From the NCBI RefSeq assembly GCF_008831285.2, contig NC_045138.2, positions 11,408,001 to 11,472,000 on the forward strand: a stretch of DNA of 64,000 bases, read 5' to 3'. The translations under genes were made by a program, and so were the position numbers. Each line of letters begins with the position of its first letter. The first letter of the stretch is position 1. Source of the stretch: Nymphaea colorata. Taxonomy: Eukaryota. This document shows positions 1 to 12,878 of the stretch, one piece after another. The notes under the pieces are model-generated. The model saw only the letters and a program-made list of their open reading frames with translations. It was not told the DNA's origin and did not search any database.

Positions 1-539
1 GGATAAGTTTTAAGCACGTTCTTCATAACTGTGTTGACAAATGAATCATAGTGCTAGAAGTAGATGCCCCAAAGGTAATAAATGATCCTTTTCCTAAGTC
101 TGAAACTAAAGAAATGAATGCAATTGGCATGTTCTCATTGATACCAAAGCCACATCCAGCCATGCACTCATAAAGAAATGATAGCAATAGTGGTCATTAT
201 AAGCTAGCCACACCAAACATTATCCAAGCTCTGAACATGCAAAAAACAACACTTGGTCTCCAGGCCAATCAGCCGAAACCCATTTCCAAGCTGATTTACA
301 ATCCAAGAGGATCGCCATAAAGCAGACAAGCAAATGGCCAAATAGCTCGAATGCTTCCAAGCAACTAAAGAAAAAGTGGAAAGTAAAGTTCTCAATGCCC
401 TTCTCAGTGTATTAGTACTATAATTGATAAATGTTTCTATAGGGAACCGCTAGGGACTATAAGAACTATTGGTAAGAATTAAGCTAAATAAAGCACTGCT
501 CCCGAGACACTTGCACAAATAGTAAATTCAATGATGACC

Positions 540-1170
540 AATGGCCCCATCACCTTCTCTCAGGATATTAGCCCAAGCCAAACCAGTTACACAATAATGC
601 ATTATATATTGTAGTACGTGCATGTCAGGTGATATGATGACTAAAGCCTTGGGCCTCAAAATAGAAGATTACACTCTAGATGATAAGGTGATTTTCAGAT
701 TTGATTGAAGTGGACAAACATGAAAGACAAGATTTACTTATACCTTTGGATCAATTACATAGTGCATTCTGTCTTCTTCTATGAATCCGCAAAGCAAATG
801 CCATACCCATCATTTTATACAAGTGTATAAAATGAAACCACGGCAAAATAATCACCAAAATACTAGTTGAGAACCCTAAAGAAATGTTACTGAAACCTAT
901 GATCCCTAGGTTTTACGATATCCAGCTTCTAGTATATGTTACAGTGAAGAGATCTATTTGGAGGAATCAGAAACACATGTAAATCAAGTTGAGTGGAAGA
1001 GACCTACCTTTTACAAAACGGGATTAAAATCCACCTTGCACCTCTCATAGATCACCTGATGTACAAGCAATTCAGTGAAGCCCTCCAAGGGTTACACATG
1101 ATGATTAGTATGATCTACAAATCTTACAAAGATCTAGGAGCAAAGTAAGATGGATCACTTGAACCTCTTG
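540..1170 (+). pseudogene. Retrotransposon aspartic protease and G-patch remnants
   Basis: Fragments ITFSQD, HNNALYIVV and ANAIP..YKCIK resemble Tat-type protease flanks. Bases 1089-1169 translate as GLHMMISMIYKSYKDLGAK*DGSLEPL, matching the G-patch pattern GxxMMxxMGYxxGxGLGxxxxGIxEP. Confidence 0.65.
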
Positions 1171-1482
1171 CTAGGGTAGATAATTGGCCAACATAATACT
1201 ACAAGACTTGGACAAAAGAGGATGGCTTCTAACAAAAAGACTAAGAAGAAAAACAAGAAGGAGCATGCAAGATGACAAAATTAGTTTATCATTAGGGTAT
1301 TTTGCTTTCCTTGTTTGGTTTCATTCCATGTCTTAGCCCCATAGAGTTGTAAGGATGTGGGATTCCTGTCTTCCCTTTTAAACATCAATAAAATACATTT
1401 ATTATCTATGTTTCCATTCGTCCTCCATCCATTCTTATATGCCTATTTTTGTTCATTTTTCTCTAATCATATAGGAATCACT

Positions 1483-2931
1483 ATGGCCCCATATCCCATT
1501 TGCAAAACTATGGCTGTATTCAAATTCAAAAGGTTGAATGTAGAGAAGATAATGTAGGCAATAGCCTAGGCTGCACCAAGCCTACTAGACGGTCTTCCCA
1601 GGGAAGTTGTTGCCAAGATAGTCTCATCCATTCCTACTAAGCAAGCTACAAACTTACCTTGGCTAAAGAATCAAGAAGATTTGTGTACCTTGTCATTGAC
1701 TGTGAATGTGGAGCAGGCTGCTGCTTGAGTAGGGTTGGATCGACAACAAAGTTATTCACAATATTTGTATGACGCTGCCATGTTTTGTGAACAAAAAAGA
1801 CTTACCTTTCTCAAAAAACATAAGATAATTGAACTGATGGAGTACATGGTTTTTCATGGTGACATGAAGATTTTTTGGCTGCAAGTCATCATTGACAAAA
1901 AATTCAGATTTTGCCTCAATAGATGATTCTGGTTCAACCTAAGAAGAAATGTAAAAGAATTAGAGTTAGAGCTCAAAGCCTTCAGATAGGATGGATCGCC
2001 ACACTTGTACAGTCTGGGAGTGACCTTCAACTAAATGTTTTCTCTATACACTCTCGTGTTGCAAGATAAAACACTCAAGTATCAGACCATTGACTTCAAT
2101 AATCTTGTAAGTCTAAAAAAATTGGTTATAGATGATATTAAAAAAATCTCTACTAAGGCCATCAAAATCTTATTGGAGGAGTGTGAATTTATGAAGCTGA
2201 AAAGATTGTACATGGTACAAAACACTACAACCTAGTCAGGAACCATTTTCATTCCTAGCATTAAAGTTAAAGATCATTGTGAAGAGTCAACATTGTAAAA
2301 GTACCAACTCCAGCTCTCGAGCTTGCATGTGTTTAAATTTCAAGGTAAAGTAGTAAGCTTCAATGTGCAAGGCCCTCAGCACTTCCTCAAAAATGTGTGC
2401 ATTATGATCAGCAAAGCTTATGTAGAAAACAAGGCTTTTAGAAAGTTATTGAACTATATCAACACTACTAAAGACTTGAACTTGGGATTTCTCCATTTTA
2501 TACAAATTCTTCCCCAGCCGTCATAAAAGATCTGGTCATTTTGAAATAGTTCACATTGTTGGAGAAGTTGTTGGTCATCATTTGTAGTGTGAGTTCTTAC
2601 TGAATAATAGTTAAAGAAATCATGATGAAGGCTCCATGTATCAAAGATTATGATGGGTACCATGAGTTTATGCTCCAATCTAATGAAGAGAATGAGACAA
2701 TGAGAATGGCTTAATCTAGTAAAATTCACATGATCTTTGTCAGATTTGAGTTCTTCCCTGACGGTCATAGAAGATCAGGTCCTATTGAAACAATTCTCAC
2801 TCTTGGAGAAGCTATTCGACATAATGTCTTAGAATTATGATGTGCGCCTTAAGTTAATGCTTCAATCTGACAAAGAAAATGAAATAACCGGAAAGTTTCC
2901 ATCTAGCAGAATTTATATGAGCGTGCAATAA
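1483..2931 (+). pseudogene. Intronless F-box/LRR/FBD-like gene remnant (~480 codons) inside the retrotransposon PR-RT spacer
   Basis: One reading frame (ORFs 1357, 1735, 2035 and 2323 share it) broken by scattered stops. F-box-like SLLDGLPREVVAKIVSSIPTKQA at 1579-1647. LNR*FWFNLRRNVKELEL at ~1915-1968. LRR-like MFSLYTLVL, LVSLKKLVI, ILLEEC and LSSLHVFKFQG. FBD-like LNLVKF..LLKQFSLLEKL at ~2710-2815. Stop at 2929-2931. Confidence 0.75.
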
Positions 2932-3180
2932 CTTTTCTTCCCACAATGTTGTTGGGACATTGATGGTCCCCTCCTTTCTTTTTCAACAATCAATAAAAGA
3001 AATGATTTGCTTTGCGTTGAAAGTAGTGTTCTCCTTCTTGTGAATTTTTATGGATTGCCACAATATTACTATATTTCTCACCATGAGCAATTTTTCAGGG
3101 CCAGTATGACATGCAAGGATATTCACAATATGATAGTTAATCCCTTGATATTGCAATAACAACAAAAATAGCAAAAGCCC

Positions 3181-6100
3181 ATGAAATTTAGGAATAGAGG
3201 CACAATGAATCCAATGAGGAACAAAACCAATATTAGATTAAGTAGAATTGGCACAATTGCAGAAAGAAGATTAGCCTGCGACTATGTTGAAGATCCCACT
3301 AAAGAACTAGTCAGGACATCGGAATATACCAAGATGATTCAAATTGGAGCCAACCTTGATGCCGTAGAAGAAAACTTTTCCAAATTACTCAAAGAATACA
3401 AAACTATTTTTGCTTGGACCTACATGGACATGCCAATGTTGGATCCAAAGCTGGTGGAACACATGTTGATCTTGAAAAAGAGCAAACTGATAAAACGTAA
3501 ATTAAGAAATTTAGACCTCAAAGTCTAAGACAAGGCCAAAGGGGTTAGAAATTTCTTAAAAGCAAAATTTGTTAGAAGTATTCACTATTCATAATGGTTG
3601 GCAAACATTGTTGTTGTACTAAAGAAAAAAATGAAAAAGTTAAATATGCATTGATTTCTGAAACCTCAATAGATCCACTTCCAAAGATGATTATCCATTG
3701 CCAAATATCAATCTACTGATAGACAGTACTACAGGGCATGAGATATTCTCTTTCTTTGATGGCTACTGAAGTTATAACATGATCAAGTTAACCATCAAAG
3801 ATCAACCAAAGACTTCATTTACAACCCTCTAGGATACCTTCTACTATACAGTGATGCTATTTGGACTAAAAAACACAAGAGCTATGACAACCATGTTTCA
3901 TGATTAGATGCACAAGTTTATGGAGACATTGATGATATCCTGGTCGAATCTAAAATTCAAACCATCCACCTTAATGTTCTCAGCTGGGTATTTGGAAGGT
4001 TCATTCAATACCAATTGAAGTTAAATCTACAAAAATGTGTATTCAGTGTTGAATTAAGAAAACTTCTTGGCAATATGGTAAGTAAGAAAAGAAGTGAAAT
4101 ATATCCAACAAAAGCTAACAATATAATTAATATGCTTTCCCCAAGAACTCTTAATGAACTCAAAAGCTTGCAGGATCCAAGCAATAAAAAGTTTTATCTC
4201 AAACTTGGCTCTCAAATGCAAACCATTCAACCATCTTCTCAAAAAGGAGTTAAATTTGAGTAGGGCCCTCAACATCAGAAGTATTTGGAACATATCAAAT
4301 TGTATCTATTGAATCCACCTATCCTTCAGTTGCCAATATTGGGGAAACGACTTTTATTGTACCTATGAGTGACTCAGCTTGCAGTGGATTTTTAGCTCAA
4401 TAAAAAGAAGGATGCAAAAATGAACATGTAATATGATATGTGAGCAAGACCTTTGTGTATTATGAAAAGCGATGTTCGTCAATAGAAAAAACTTCTCTAG
4501 CATTGGGATAGATGTATAAAAAAAAATACATACATTACCTTCTACCATGTGAAGCCAAGGTGATCTCTTGACTGAATCATTAAAAAAACATTCTAAGACA
4601 ACCATTTTTTGGTGGCCGAATCACTGGATGGCAAGTTCTCTTCATCCAGTATGTTGTAGAAGACATTCTTTAAAAGTCCATAAATAGATATGCAATAGTA
4701 GAACAACTGGTCGTTTTCCCCTCAACAAAAGAATTAAAAGTAGATGATAACTTCCATGATGAGCAAATCTTACATGTAGAGTTCATAGCAATGTGGTATT
4801 TTTCTTCAATGGATCTAAAAACATTGCATGAATAGGAATAGACATCATCATCCTCACACTTGAAAAAGAAATGATACCATATTCCCTTAGGCTAGAATTT
4901 GTCAACACATGACAAAATATGAAGTTCTTATTCAAGGTCTCAAGATACTCTTAAAATTCAATGTTAACAGAATCATACTTATGAAGATTCTCTTTTCATT
5001 GTAAATTAATTCAATGAAGAATGAAAAGTAAATAATTCTAAACTCATGCCATGTCACGAAATGATCTAAACATTGGCCAAATGGTTTGATGATTTTAATC
5101 TCCACATTAAAAGAAAATTCAACCAATTTGCGGATGGTTTAGATGGCCTAGGCTCCATCATTACCTTTAAGAAATCTGAACCTTGTAGAGCCTTTGAGAT
5201 TAGAAGGCTAACTAAACCAGCATGAAATGCCAGAACAAGTTAGCCAGGTGGAATCACAAGAAGCACCATGGTATCAAAGCATAAAAATTACTTGCTGTTC
5301 TACTAATAATATTCCTGATCCTTAGAAAAACGTGAAGCTTAAGAAGTAATTAAATAAGCACATAATAGAATATGTAGTGGCAATGCAGCATAGCAAACTG
5401 TCACCAAGCAATTGATGAGAACAGGTTATTATTGGCTAACCATGCACCATGATTGTTACAAATATGTAAGGAAGTGTTTCGAATGTCAAATTCATGCAGG
5501 CCCCATTCACACACTGGCTGCATATTTACACTCAGTAGTCTCACCATGGCCTTTTTCTATGTACGCAATTGATGTTGTAGGGTCCATCAATTCCTATGCA
5601 TCCAATGGTAATAAATACTTCATTGCAGCCACAAAATACTTCACAAAGTGGGTAGAAGCTGTCACCCTTAGAACAATGGAAGGCAAACATGCAATGAATT
5701 TCTTTCACAAAAACATCCTATGTAGATTTGGAGTACCCCATGATATGGTCTTAGATAATGGGCACACTTAAAAATTGAATACATACAAGATCTTTGTGCT
5801 AACTTTAAAATCAAACATCACTTTTCAATACCATATTACTTACAAGGCAAGGGCCAGACAGAAGCCAACAAATAAGATATTGATCATAATTTTAAAATAA
5901 ATGGTTGAGTCAGGCCAAGAATGACATGCAAAGACTCATGACACATTATAAGCCTATACAACAACCGTTAGAACTCCTACCAATGCAACTTCTATGGAGT
6001 TAGTGCTTGAAATAAGTGTAATATTACCACTTCATGTGCAAAAACCAACATTCAAGTTTTGCAGCAGTCACAAAATTTCCCATGGATTAATATTCATGGT

Positions 6101-6412
6101 ATATAATGTTGAAACTAGATTTCCTTGAAAGAAAAAAGACTGAACGCCACAAAACATGCCAAAGCTTATTGCTAGAGAGTAGTCAGACATTATATTAAGT
6201 CAGAAATCAAAATAAAATTTATAATAAATGACATTGTCAGATCAACCATTACATCAAGGCATCGTCCGAGAGAAAAGTGAGCATCAAACTAGGATGGGTC
6301 ATATGCGAATGAAGAAATTCTTCTTGAGAATTCTTAACTATGTAATCATGTAAATGGTGTAGAATTAACTGATCCTATCAATGCTTTTGATTTAAAAAAA
6401 TTTTATGCTTAA
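3181..6412 (+). pseudogene. pol (RT-RNaseH-aRH-integrase), multiply disrupted
   Basis: LLKEYKTIFAWTYMDMP, MKLNLQKCVF, GYYWLTMHHDCYKYVRKCFECQIH (Zn finger), PWPFSMYAIDVVG, YFTKWVEA, ILCRFGVP..LDNG. Ends INAFDLKKFYA* at 6412. Many stops and frameshifts. Confidence 0.92.
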
Positions 6413-6959
6413 TGTATTTCCTTTCATCAATAAAGATTACGTTTTTGATGGCCAAACTTATCTTGTCTCATGTGATCAGTGAGTCGTCCTTCTTTCAACT
6501 TAAAACTCTTGAGCATCTCTTATTTTTTTTATCTCATATTAGGTTACGATATCCAATGACCAAACTTCCAAAGGATGTTTACAAAACTATTTTGAAAAAT
6601 AGGATTTTCAAAAGAAAAGAACCCCTCAAGTATCTCAATTCTCAAAACATTTGCCCACAAAAAAGGAAAAGAACTTTCAGATGTTTGAAGTTTTAATAAA
6701 CATATGTCTTCAAATTTGCAATTGTGAAAAACATCCCATAAGGATTTTAAGAACTCATGAGCACATGTTTTCAAGTCTCATTTACCAAGTATGAATATTG
6801 AACACCTGCTCGTACAAATTTTTTGCACTGCTTGGCACCCACACATGTCGTATGGAATTTTTCTCACCTTGATGTGTCTTTTTCAACGAATTAAAATTTT
6901 TGCAAAGTGCAGCTCAAAAGAGCATTGAACTCATATTTATGTGCATGGAGCCCTATCTA

Positions 6960-7960
6960 GATACATCTTATTTCATGACCATATACATCCAGCAACATGT
7001 GGTCATGAGAGGGACTATGCTGCTGGTAGGAACCCAACTAAGACATGCCTCTAGATCCTGTATTCACATGCAATGAGCAACACATAAGCACACCTTTTTT
7101 GTGTTTATGTATACCAAAGCAACACTTAAGCACACAAATTGCGTCTTGTGACCATATGCATTGAGCAACATGCAGCCACAAGAGAGATTGTATTGTTGGT
7201 AGGAACCCAACTAGCACCCGAATCAAAATTTTTGCACTCACATAAATTGAGCAACACGTTAACGCCCTTTTTTGTGTTTGTGTACCAAAGAAACATTAAG
7301 CACAACAAACTTTCATCTGGTGATTGTATGCATTGAACAACATGCAATCACAAGAGAGACTGTATTTTTGGAAGGAACCCAACTAACACATGCTTCTAGA
7401 TCTTGTACTAGCATGCATTGAACAACATGTGTGTACACATTTTTCATGTTTAAGTGAACCAAAGCAATACTTAAGCACACACCTTCTTTTCATGATTGTA
7501 TGCATTAAGCAATATGTAGCTATGAGGGAGACTATGTCGTTGGTAGTAACCCAACTAACACATGCCTCTAGATCTTGTACTCACATGCATTAGGCAGAAT
7601 TTGAGCATACTGTTTTCATGTTTAAGTGTATTGGAGTAACACTTAAACACACACCATGTGTTTTGTGACTGTATGCATCGAGCAGCATGCAGCCATGTAA
7701 GGGACTATGTTTTGAAAGGAACCCAACTAACACACACCTCTAGATCTTGAATTCACATGCATTAAGCAACATGTGAGCACATATTTTTCATGTTAAGTGT
7801 ACCATAGTAACACTTAATCACATATCTTGTTCTGTGGCTATATGGATTAAGGAACATACATGCACAAAAGAACCCTTGTTGTTGGTAGGAACCCAACGAT
7901 CACAAATTTTTGATCCTGCAATCCTGTGCATTGAGAAACATGTGAGCACACCTACACTTG
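6960..7960 (+). repeat. ~172-bp degenerate tandem repeat, ~6 copies, in the element's 3' non-coding region
   Basis: GGAACCCAAC-type anchor recurs at ~7030, 7202, 7374, 7546, 7718 and 7888. Confidence 0.9.
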
Positions 7961-10900
7961 GATATTTTTTTTGTATAAAGAACAACAATCTCAACAATGT
8001 TGTGATATAGGCCAAGGAAGCAAACTTAATGTCTTGAGAGAATCAAAATTTAGGAAATGTTATTAGTTGAAATGATCAAAAGGCACTATGAGAACCTACT
8101 TGAATTCATGTGAGAACCAAAAATTTGATTTGGTTCAAGCCGATCAAGCACAAACACCACAAAACGAGTGTTGAAAAATATGTTCGGGGTTATTATAGCA
8201 GTTCCTCTAGATCAGTACTTGAGAGTACCTAAAGCTTGATTTGCATCTATTCTACTAAGTTATGTGATCCATTAACTTCTATCGACTCATGTCTTCTATA
8301 CCCTTCTAACCTAGAGCAAGTAAGTCTAAAGGGTGTTTCACATATAACACCCTAAGGTCAACTGGTTTGGTTGCTGCCAACCTGAAAGCTCACTACAATA
8401 GCTGACTACAATTGTTCAATACGAAGCCCAATAGACATGACATTACACATGATAGAGCTATACACCACCATTAAAGTGATGGACCTCCATAGTAGCCTAT
8501 TGGTGGTGAGGTATTTCCCTCTCATGGTGAAGGTTGGCCTAAGCAAAGGCAATGAAAAGAACTCAAAAGCTAATTAGCCATAAATTCGCAAGAAACAATA
8601 CAAAGAGAAAAATGAAAGAAAAAGAAGAGTGAGTGTATACTTGAAAGGTATAAACTATTCAAAATCTGAAATTATCCTCTAAACAATATGAGATTCCTTG
8701 TGGTATGAAGGTCATTAAAATCAATAATTGCTCCTTTATTACATTTCCGTGAAAATGAGAGTCTATCTTCCCAAAGTTCATAAAATGACAATGAAGAGAA
8801 GTTTGTTTCAAGAATCCAAAAGTCTATAATTAGAGTGAATTTTTCAGCCCTTTTAGAGTGTGAAAAGATCAAAATAAATGCTCAAAAGGATATCAATTTC
8901 AAAGTGAACATGATTTATTAAAAATATTGGATTTTGCATGAGGCCACCCTAGGGCACCCCTTGTTCAGAAATTGTCTATCACAGGAGCACAACGTCACAA
9001 TGTTTACCCAATTTACACCAAGGCATCTTTTTATTGCAATGCTCAAAACCATGAACTTTCATGTCTGCTCAGTTCTCAACTTCATGCATCTTTTATTACA
9101 ATGTTTGAAGTAACAAATTTGACAACAATCAAACTGATATATTTTTTATTCTCACAATGTTTGGAACAATGAAACTTCACAATGACCACCCAGTATTCAC
9201 ATTGGGGCATCTTTGTTTTTCTAAAGAGGACTTTTCTCATAGCATTTTCAAAACGATTTTCAAAAACTAAGAACTTTTCCCAATAATATCTACTTTTACA
9301 ATTTGGTATGTCTTATCTTCGCCACTAACCATGGCTCAACACCAACTTAGTAGCAAGGGGAGGCATTTGTAGACCCCAAATTTTTCACTACCAAAAAGAC
9401 CATTTTGCCCATTTTAATGGAAATTTTATGTTGATTTTCTTAAGCATTTTTCAAATACAAGGCCAAAGATCACATAGACATGGGTTTTATAATCCAAATG
9501 TTGAGCAACTAGACCAAAATCACCTAGTCTACTGTTAATTAGAAAATTGGCTACTTTTGTCCTTGATCACCCTTTAGTTTCCCCCAAATTTTGTCCAATT
9601 TTATGAAACAGATGTAGAATTCTTGAGAATTATGCTTTACCAAATCCAATTATGAAAATATCCATATATGCAGATCACAAGAGCTTCTACAACCATTTTC
9701 TAGCTCACAGGTCAAATTTAGCCTCAAATGGCCAATTTCTGTTGCTTCAGTAATTTCTTCATGCCAGAATATCTGTGATCTCACCAACATGACCTTCAAA
9801 TCTTTCTCATTGTCAACATAATATTTTGAGTGATACCCCTAATTCCAAAGCTAAATTTCCACTATAAATGTTTCTCTCCATTTCAACTAAAATAAACTCA
9901 TTAGTCAATGATTTGTAAAATTCTCACCAATGACACCTTGCCAAGCTCCATAGAGCTCACATTAAAGTCTTTTCAATGACACAAAGAGTATTTACAAAGT
10001 TATTTTCCACTCAACAATCTTGATTTGTTCTCACATCAGGGTCACTCTCTCACTTTCATTTTTTAGTGTTTCGGCTGAAATTCTCTTAATCTGTGGCTGG
10101 TCATTCTGTGTTGTGCTAACAATATGATCTTCAAAGTCTCCTCTGGCTCCAGAAGCTCTTTGAGATGATGGGCAAACTTATGCTGACTCTCCACTTCTTT
10201 GATTTGTTAGTGGGTACCCTACTTAAGTGACCCACAAAACTGACTATCTTTAGCTCAGTATGGGTTAATTCATCATAAGTCTAGCTCATTTTTTATTATC
10301 TCTCATTTCTCCTACATGTCTGGAGCACTCAATGTCCACACAAACTTTTGGGCTGAAATTCTCACAGCCTACGAGTTAGATTTGTGATTTCTTTGTATAA
10401 TGTGATTAGGCACATTTCAACAAAGTAATATCATCTTTAGTTTGAAGGGATCATATCTAGATCACACAATTTAACACTACCCCTGAATGACTCTACCTTG
10501 TCCAAATCTAGACATTGTCACTTGTGGCTTGAGAGCTAAATTATAATCAATATAGGATTTCAAATTTCAATTAGAGCGCACCAATGGATTCAATGTGACT
10601 CAAAGAGAGTATGAATGTGCCCATTTCTTGCAAATAAGGTCAAAATTCATGTTTTCCATTTTACCCAACACATTTTTATTTTTCAGCTTCGTCAATTCTA
10701 AAAAATGTGATTTTCCAAGGGCAAAATCAAGTCAATTTTCCATGAAACTTCATATAAACATATTTGTTGACCTTGCCTATGATTCTTCATAGTCAAACTA
10801 CCCCATAGAACATGTTTTTTGCATCTAGAATAGAAATGCCATTCATCAAATGGGCCTCATTTTTATATCTTCCTAAGTTAAAAGACACATGAACCTAACT

Positions 10901-12878
10901 CATATGTTTTATGTGCCAGACCTAAGCCCAATGTGGCTTGCATAGGGTCTAAACCCAGTTCAGGATAGAACTAAACTCAGTCAACTCAACTTGTTCTAAA
11001 ACTGAACTTAGTTTGACCCAAAACTAAGATTAGCTAAGATAAGTAGTATAGACATGCATCCTACCTAGCCTAGACACAAAACAAGCCCAGGCAACCAAGC
11101 ACAGAGTTTGAACTCACTGAACCTAGGTCCTACACCTCAATCTCAAACCCTGACCTTTGAATTCAAGATCTGCAATTTGGACTTGTAATATGCATTATTT
11201 TTTATCCAGATCTTAGATTTGGTATCTAGAGCCATTTTTGTCAATCTAAAGCATGGTGTAAACCTCTTATCTAAGTCCAAGATTCAAATCCATACTCATA
11301 ATTCAGATCAAAACCCAAATCAAGTATCCGCTCTCAAGTACAATGTCGTTCTCTGATCCATCTTGAGTATAATCAATCCTAGCAGTCCATTATTTCAAGG
11401 CTGGCCAGGGTTTTTTTAAATTTTGCTTGTGATTGAAAGCTTGATTTGAGCCTCATGATCATTGAACATCATTAAATCAATCTTTTCATTCGTGCAACAT
11501 TAGTTGTGAAACTGTGTTGCTATTTTCTGATTTTTTTTTCATATAGAATCCTCATAGTTCAGATATATTTGATCTATCTACAAGTTGTTTTTGTAGTAAC
11601 TTTGTAAATGAATAAAATTTTCAATTTTGACTTTTTCCAAATCTATAAAGTCTCGCTGACTCTCTATTATGCAGAGAATCTTTAGTCCAAATTTTAGGTC
11701 CATCTAAGTTGTTTTGATATCCTTTGAATCATACAAAAGTCATAACAATAAAACTATTTTTTGCTTTATTCTCTACAGAAAAGCTCTTTTATGCACCAAG
11801 TTTCTCATTAATATTTTGTTTATAAAAAATAGATTGTTTAGATTGATCAATTGGAATTAATTGTTTGATATATGAAGATTCTTCACCTAAAATTTCATGA
11901 AGATTGGAAATCATTTGCCTATCTTTTAGGATTGCCCAAATGAATTGTTGAGAACAAATTGCAGCCTTTCTAGAACTTCGCCAAAACTATATTTTCTCAT
12001 TTAGTTAGGGACATTTTACCAGATTTTTGTTTTTTAACTAAATGTTTTTCTTTCTTTTGGTAAAGCCACAAATTAATGTGACTAATAATGTGAACCATCA
12101 TTTTAGGCTCTTCAAATGTGTTTACTTGATTAATTGTGGCCTACTGCTGGTACGTCTGGAGCTGAAGGCGCATCAAGCGATTCCTCCTTCACACTCATTC
12201 ATCATTAATTGTGCATTGTTCATGCATCATATTTTGAAAACATTGTATTTGGACTTTAGTAAATTAATTTAGAGTTTTCAATGAGCTTGAAGCTAAAGAC
12301 CATAAAGCTTGATTTATCAAGTGAGAAGCTTTAATTTCAACATGAATTTCATATTATTTTAAAATATCATGTCATTCATGCGTGTACATTTGCTTTTTGC
12401 TTTGTTTTCATTAATATTCTTGTTTGTGTGCATTCATATAATTTGCTTTCATAATGCATTCATCTATTTTAAAAGTTCACATAGAATTAAGTTTCATAAT
12501 GATCAAGTTAAAATTATCAACTATATACATGCGACACAACATCCCATGTATATACTTGACCTAAATTGATTATATGGAAATACTGCCTTCAAAATCATAA
12601 TTTCAAATGCATAGTTCCAAATTGGCTGATTTTGAACTTGTTTTCTAAAAACCTAGAGTTCATTCATGATTGAGATCTAATCATTAACGTTAAACCTACC
12701 TAAAACCGTAGTTTTCTTTCAATATCTCAACCAAGACTTGACAGTGAGTCCACAATCACATGCCTAAACCTAACCCACAATGAAAACCTTTCAAGTTAGG
12801 CAAAAATCCTAGCTAAGTTAAACGTAACATACAATTGCATTTTTGGTATGAAAAGTGTCCCACTAGTTTGGTTAGAAG

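Larger units (their letters stand above)
1..9367 (+). mobile_element. Internal region of a degraded Ty3/gypsy Tat/Ogre-type LTR retrotransposon (5' part outside window)
   Basis: Domain order is protease, G-patch, long spacer, RT, RNase H, second archaeal-like RNase H (~4790), integrase, long 3' region with tandem repeats, PPT (aaggggaggca, ~9355-9365), then TGTAGACCCC. An extra aRH and 3' tandem repeats are established Tat/Ogre traits. Confidence 0.85.
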
